Assembly: GCA_951406725.2 (NCBI GenBank)
Contig: OX597826.1
Coordinates: 62,496,001-62,560,000, forward strand
Reading direction: 5' to 3'
DNA length: 64,000 nt
Origin: Octopus vulgaris
Taxonomy: Eukaryota
A program made the position numbers and the translations under genes. A model generated the notes under the pieces. The model saw nothing but the letters and a program-made list of their open reading frames with translations, was not told where the DNA came from and did not search any database. Positions 56,691 to 64,000 of this stretch are shown here, in pieces. Each line of letters opens with the position of its first letter. Position 1 is the stretch's first letter.

Positions 56691-57303
56691 CTTGGAATTC
56701 ATTAATTTGTGTTAGCATGGTTCATAATACCATTTGAAAAAAGAATTATAACTAATGTAGTGAAACTATTTTACTAAGTGTTGTGTAACCATTTTTCTAA
56801 AGAAAACAAATATCACAAAATAATAAACTCATACTAATTAAGGGTGGGTTTGTGCGTTTTCAAAAGCATTGCACAAATTATATCTGCACTAAGTAGTAAA
56901 AAAAATCAAATGATTTCTTTAAGAATGGGAGTACCAAAAATACAAATGATTTACTTAATGACCAAGATTTCGATGATTATAACGATAGTAGAAGATACAC
57001 AAACACTGAAGGAATGGAATTAACCTTTAATGTCTCCCCACTAAGATCAAAAAATATAAATGTACAGTCTACAAAAAGGAAAATAAAGAAATGTAATAAC
57101 TATAACAATAATGATAATAAAACCACTAATGCAAATAATTTAAATTTATATTCTCATACTTATAGTAACATGAATTAACATAAAATAAGTTACAATATAA
57201 ATATTAAAGTGAATAAGAAAAGGAAAGAAGACGATAAGTCATTAGTTAAGATTCATAACACAGAAAATAAACATAAAAGCAATAACCCTAAAAACGGGAA
57301 AAT

Positions 57304-57818
57304 TATTAGGTCGTTAAGTATGAAATTTGTAGTAAGGTATGTGGTAAACTTTGACAGCTGCTCATTTTGTACCATTATTGTATTTTGACACTCTTTATTT
57401 TTTGTTAGAAAGCTGACACAACTATTTCTTTATTTTAACCCATTTTGCATTTTATAAAGTATTTATACATTGTTTTTTTTTATTTTGCTGTTTTTATTTA
57501 GAGATGGAAGTTGGAAATTCGTACAGTTTTAAAATATGAGTTCTTTCCTGGAAATACAGCATCGCAGACAGTTCGGAATATTCTAATTCTAATGTTATTC
57601 ATTCTAATATTACACAGCAGAGGGTATGAAATTGGTTTGCAAAATTTTGTTCTCGTAACTTTTACCTCACAAATGAGTAAGCGTTCGACCAGAAACAAAG
57701 TTGGATATTGATGAACTGAAAGTCACCGTTGAGTCAGACCCATCTCAAAGTGCCCGAGAATTATCGTTGTTGTTTGGTGTTAGCAAACAAACCATATTGA
57801 CTCACCTAGTTCAAGTCG
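57304..57818 (+). mobile_element. Mariner transposon 5' fragment (TIR plus degenerate N-terminal HTH, cecropia/Hsmar1-like)
   Basis: TA|TTAGGTCGTTAAGTATGAAAT terminus. Translations EIRTVLKYEF..GNTASQTVRNI and DIDELKVTVESDPSQSARELSLLFGVSKQTILTHLVQ, with frameshifts. It is cut off by a SINE at about 57820. Confidence 0.88.
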
Positions 57819-58466
57819 CTGCTAGCTGAGTGAACTGTAACGACGTGAAATAAAATGATTCGTTCAAGTACACAACGTGTTGGCTGTTCCAGGAATGTTG
57901 CAATCATGAGCCAAACGCCCTAACTACTAAGATTCGCGTCTTCACATTACTGCGATATAGAAGCTATATCCTACATTCAATCAAGATCCTACTTATGAAT
58001 GATATTTGTTTACGCGTGCAGAGAGTTCGCAGGAGTCAAGACCATTTTGATAATTTGCTGCTGAATTAACATGAGGAATATATAGACCCCGTAGAGAGTT
58101 TTCCTAATTTGTAAACAATTTTATGAATGTTCATAACATTAATATTAAATTCAGTTTAAAATCGCCCCATTACCACAGCAGGCATCTTTGCAAGTTTTCT
58201 CTTCATCATTTCATTATGAAGTTCGGAAAGACAACCTGTCATATGCTAATCAAGCAAATTAAAGCTACCATACGTTATTTTTTCAAACTTCTATCTGTAC
58301 CAGGACAATGAAATTTTGAACATCGTTTTATTTGCTTTTGACAAACTGAATGTTGTAAGAATTATACTGAAACTTCTAAGTCCCAAATAAATAAAAGAGT
58401 ATGATACTCTTTTTATATCTTTTGAATAATCAATCAATTTGGACTTGCCAGTTCGTAGAAACAGGC

Positions 58467-58528
<62 letters not shown>

Positions 58529-58552
58529 ATGTGTTGTAGTAGTAGTAGTAGT

Positions 58553-58588
<36 letters not shown>

Positions 58589-59114
58589 GGTAGTAGTAGT
58601 AGTAGTAGTAGTAGTAGTATTTGGTATGGATCCATTCTTTTTTGCACGTCTATAACGTATTTTTTTTTATAAAATATCTATTTGACCCTTCAAATCAGAA
58701 GAGCGGATGTTAGTAGATTTGCGCAACTAATGGCATTACTTAACGTTCATATACGAATTCCCAGAAGGTTCTTTTTTGTTTTTTTGTTTTTTTAGCATGC
58801 ATCGAAAATTCTCGTTCCTGTACCATTTACTTAAATGCTTCTCTTCCGTTTGCTTAATTCCGTACGTTATTTTTACATCGGTGTACATTCTAAATTATAT
58901 ATGTCTAACGTGTAAAACTTGAAGGATGTTTTCTCGTAACATAAATAAACTGGCTGAAGTATATCTCTTGGGAGGCGTTCTACATATTAAATTCAATTGC
59001 AGTTAGGATCTCCGTATGTAGAATAGGGAATTCAACAGAAAAAGAGAAATACGAATACTTAAGAATATTCATGCAATTAATATCGAAATATCTGTGAGGA
59101 TAAAGGGATGCCCA

Positions 59115-59183
<69 letters not shown>

Positions 59184-59295
59184 CATTTAATCATATCGAA
59201 GGGAAATGGAAATTAATAGAAATTTTCACTTCCAGTGGCCTAAAGTGTAAAATTCCTGTCCAAAGACTATGTATTACTCATAAAATGCAGTGTAC

Positions 59296-59645
59296 ATTAA
59301 ATATAAAGGAATCTGTGGGATTCAACACGCTAGAAAGAACAGCTAGGTTCTATAACCACAAAATTAGGGATAAAATCCGACAGGAACGAAATGAAAAAAT
59401 ATAAACATTATACCATCTAGTTTCCAGGATCAATTGGTTTCTGATTTTAGTTTACCAAATAAATAAATAAATGAATAAAGTAAACTAAAATTAGAAACTA
59501 ATCGGTCCAGGAAACTAGATGGTAAAATGTTTTTATTGTTTCATTTCGTACCTGTCGGATTTTATCCCTAATTTTGTGGTTATAGAACCCAGCTGTTCTT
59601 TCTAGCGTGTTGAATCTCACGAGTGGATTCCTTATGTGTTTAAAT
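59296..59645. repeat. Long fold-back palindrome with ~160-bp arms and a 24-nt A-rich loop
   Basis: 59296-59455 is the reverse complement of 59480-59645 with scattered mismatches, e.g. GATTCAACACGCTAGAAAGAACAGCT / AGCTGTTCTTTCTAGCGTGTTGAATC. Confidence 0.92.
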
Positions 59646-59649
59646 ATAT

Positions 59650-59982
59650 ATGGTTGTGAGGTAGGAAGCTTGCTTCCCAATAACATGGTTCTTGATTCAG
59701 TCCCATTCCCTGGCACCTTTAGCAAGTGTCCTCTAGTATTTCCTCGGGTCGACTCGAGACTATACTAGAGGACACTGCGGTATACTACATGCGTGTGTGG
59801 GGGCGTGATTTTGTCCTCTACCACCGCTTGATAGTTGGTGGTGGTGAATTTATCAGTACGGCAAAAACACTGATAGAATAAGTTCCGGGTTTTTATTAAA
59901 GATAAGCAGTGGTCTCGATTCAGTCGAATAAAAATTCTTCAATGCGGTGCCTCAGTATACCTACAGCCCAATGACTGAAACA
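59650..59982 (+). mobile_element. SINE family A, degenerate, containing a local fold-back inversion
   Basis: TGGTTGTGAGGTAGGAAGCTTGCTTCCCAA head and GCGGTGCCTCAGTAT..AATGACTGAAACAA tail. Confidence 0.75.
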
Positions 59983-60844
59983 AACATATCATATGTGTGT
60001 GTTTGTGTGAGTGTGTGCGCGTGTGTGTCTGTGTCTGTGTGTGTGTGCGCGTGTATGTGTGTCTGTGTGTGTGTGTGTGACAGAAGAAAATATATTTATA
60101 ACATATATGTGTGTGTATGTGTGTATGTATGCTTGTATATGTGTTGTGTGCTGTGTGTATGTGTGTGCGTGTGGCTGTGTGTATGTGCATGCGTGTGTGT
60201 ATATATATGCAGCCTAATGACAAATATATATATATATATATATATATCATATATATCTGTGCATGTATGCGTGTGTCTGTGTGCACGTGTGCTTCCATGT
60301 GTGTATGTGTTGTGTGTGAGGGGGGTTGCATGCGTGTGTTTGTATGTATATGCAACCTGAAGACTGAAACAAATATACATATATATATATGTGTGTGCAT
60401 GTATGCTTGTATGTCTGTGTGTACGTGTTGTGTGTGAGTGTGTGCACGTGTGCACGTGTGTGCGTCTGAGTGCATGCGTGTGTATGTATATATAGTCAAA
60501 ATAGAACAAATGCAACGGGGATAGTTATATTAATCTCAAAGAAATGATTTTTATTTTCACAGAAATTCAAAGGAGAGAGTTTGCCTTTTCTTTAAAACTA
60601 AACAACGAAAGTAGAAGAAATATTTTAGGTTAAATTAAGCATTGCCATGTTAGATAGAGTGAATTACATGTCGTGAAGTTGAGGGTCGATTAACTGGAAT
60701 TTTTCTGTACCCCAAATTAATAGACTTCTTCAAATATTAGTGATCAGCACTTCACTAATTCTGCCCTACTATATGTGATGATATATTAATGATTGAAAGC
60801 CATACAGACATACAGACATACACACACAAAGACACACGCAGAAA

Positions 60845-61370
<526 letters not shown>

Positions 61371-61824
61371 GCGTGTGTGTGTTTATTTTGGATTTTGAAT
61401 TTGGTTAGTGGTACAGACAACTGATGAAACAGCGTAGGATTTGCAGTTGCTTATGCATACAGAGTATAAACCCCACTATTGCTCTACAGTCGATATAAAG
61501 GTCGAATACTGGTAGCTTGAATTGGTAATTTATCGTTATCGCCACTTAGAGTCTGAATAATTCTCTGAATCCACAATGAAGGGTGAAGCAGTCACGAACA
61601 AGGCAATTTTTTGCCGGGTCATTCTTCTTTATTTAATATTGTGATGTGATCGCAACAACCTTTTGACTGAAACACGTAACAGAAAACAGAATGAAGAATA
61701 TATATATTCCGGTTTATTTGGAAGTAGTTTTCTTTAGTCTTTTTCTTTCTGTAATCTATAATTTGTACTCCTCCTTGTATTTATTCCGCTGTCTACCTTT
61801 CTTTCGCCCTGTATTTGTATATAC

Positions 61825-61857
<33 letters not shown>

Positions 61858-61867
61858 TGTATGTATG

Positions 61868-61901
<34 letters not shown>

Positions 61902-61907
61902 TGTATG

Positions 61908-61959
<52 letters not shown>

Positions 61960-62084
61960 TACATATATAAATGTGCATCAAAGTATATATATATATACTT
62001 TATTTAAAAGCAGCAGAAAATTCAACAAAAGTGGTATTTGAGTACTCTTTTTACCACCTTGTTTCACATTTATGTGTTTACTCC

Positions 62085-62131
<47 letters not shown>

Positions 62132-62139
62132 GTACATGC

Positions 62140-62346
62140 ATACATACTACCTAAATACCAATCTTGAGAAATTAGGTTTCTCAGCAACAGAAAGGAGGGA
62201 GATGATTCGAAGCCTACAGATCCAGTCCATCACTAGAACTGTAAAAATCTGTGAAACTTTCCAAAAGTTTATCATTTAAGTATATATAATCATGCCTAGA
62301 TATGCAAGTATATGCATGAGAATACATACATAAACTAAAACATACA

Positions 62347-62380
<34 letters not shown>

Positions 62381-62560
62381 CATATATACATACATACATA
62401 CAAATAAATATACCCTGTTGCTGATGTTGAAATCTCAATGAAGGAGCCGTGGATCTACGTAAGAAACCGACTCTCTATTGGCAAGAAATCTTTTTATAAA
62501 ACTGAACTATGACTTATATACAAAAATACCCTGTTGATGCTGTTGAAATTCCAATGATGA
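62140..62560 (+). mobile_element. 3' end of an RLE-type (R2/R4/NeSL-like) non-LTR retrotransposon with its 3' UTR
   Basis: YLNTNLEKLGFSATERREMIRSLQIQSITRTVKICETFQKFII* resembles the C-terminal helix after the restriction-like endonuclease. It is followed by (ATAC)n and a duplicated UTR motif ATACCCTGTTG.TG.TGTTGAAAT..CAATGA. Confidence 0.7.
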
Positions 62561-63569
62561 CATATACGATTTTATTGTTATTTCTAGCAGCTCAAATTGC
62601 CAGGTGCAGACTTCTCTGATGGTTGTAGAGATCGATAGTATTGTAATTATGTTTAGATAGTAATTTCATCAATCACATGACCAATTAATTCAGCTATTAT
62701 TAACTGATATTTATTAATTGTTCTTCGCTGCTATAAGTGTGTTCTTTCTATCAACTAAAATCTTTCAATTGTTACGCTATATCATTCTGCGGGGTCAACA
62801 AAGCATTATTGGATTTAAATAGAATCAGTCTCCTGGTAAATTAGATGAATATATCAATTCAATTTATCATTTCTTTTGAAATAAGTTTCCATGAAATACA
62901 AGAACAGTTTCAAAAGTACAACAGAAATGTTTACTAATGAATATAATTTTTTGATCGCCAAACTACATTCCTGTAGGTTGGACTGAGCAGAACTTCAATA
63001 TTTCGAATTAAAGCTATACCAGAACAATCCCGTCTCGGTCTAAACATCTATTATATGTTATGTTTGTCGTCAAATATCCACTACACCTTGTCTTATGTTT
63101 TACATTTTACTTGTTTCAGATGTTGGACATCGACAATGCAGTGGGGCATCCGCCTTCAAAGGCGATCCAGTACTTATTTTTAATTAAGATAGTTATTTTA
63201 TCGGTATTATTTGAGGGATCTTTCAATTACGATGACGTAAAGAGGGCAAGTAAGAGGAAGCACTAAGAAACAGAGACACAAGCATCGAAAAACACAAACG
63301 CGTACATATAGACATGCATATATACATACACTCATGTACATATAAATATATGTTTTTATGAGCTTGATATTATATCTATAATTACTGTTTCCTCTCGAGA
63401 GATCTTGAATAACATTTGAGCCTTGAAATATGATTGAAGAGCTGAGAGCTGATCACATATACTACAGCAATGTCTTATTTCAGCATCAGTATTGGCTCCA
63501 TCTGCCACGTCTTTTCTTCATATGACAGACATTGCATCGAACTAGTCTTAGTTAGATAGATAGATAGAC

Positions 63570-63626
<57 letters not shown>

Positions 63627-63658
63627 TATAGATAGATAGATAGATAGTCATAAATATA

Positions 63659-63715
<57 letters not shown>

Positions 63716-63718
<3 letters not shown>

Positions 63719-64000
63719 ACAGAGAAGTTTTTCATGGCGATACCACCTCAGAGGCCTACGCAAAGTCGCGGAAAGTGTATGAAGAGAAGTGTATGAGTAT
63801 CACATAAGTGTACGAGTTGTTTCAGACATTTCTAAAATGGCCGAAAAAATGTCGATAATGATGAAAGTTCTGAGAGACCCACAACCAGCAGAACTGAAAA
63901 AAATCATTGCAGATATGCGTGCTGCTGTGAGGGGAATCATCGAATCACCATCCTTGAGTTATCAGAGGATGTGCAGATTAATTAAGGTTCAGTTCAGTCC
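63716..64000 (+). mobile_element. Mariner transposase N-terminal fragment (pseudogene, runs off the window)
   Basis: HGDTTSEAYAKSRKVYEEKCMSIT*VYELF..F.NGRKNVDNDESSERPTTSRTE...RITILELSEDVQIN*GSVQS, which is a mariner double HTH with a GRP-like linker. Contains stops and frameshifts. Confidence 0.85.

Overview
AT-rich, repeat-saturated eukaryotic DNA with no recognisable intact host gene, so probably intergenic or inside a large intron. The tRNA-derived SINE families and very dense (TA)n/(CA)n/(TAGA)n/(TATG)n/(AAT)n microsatellites resemble those of a coleoid cephalopod, most likely Octopus (inferred from recognising the repeats, not from a search). Almost all ORFs in the supplied track are microsatellite artefacts. 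The real coding relics are transposon fragments: three mariner transposases, a Helitron helicase C-terminus, and R4/Dong-like, CR1-like and RTE-like LINE pieces. There are also two non-autonomous Helitrons and MITE-like or fold-back palindromes. The most interesting signal is a set of short non-coding elements embedded in (TA)n tracts that carry type I hammerhead ribozyme motifs. Two have an intact catalytic core (15045-15116 inside a 468-bp tandem unit, and 20761-20837). A separate family carries minimal palindromic-stem-III hammerheads (11894-11928, 15557-15591, 22911-22948), and one copy of it (53183-53292) is truncated within 1 nt of the predicted self-cleavage site. This fits Penelope-like or retrozyme-type RNAs mobilised in trans. 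All folds were read by eye and none was computed.
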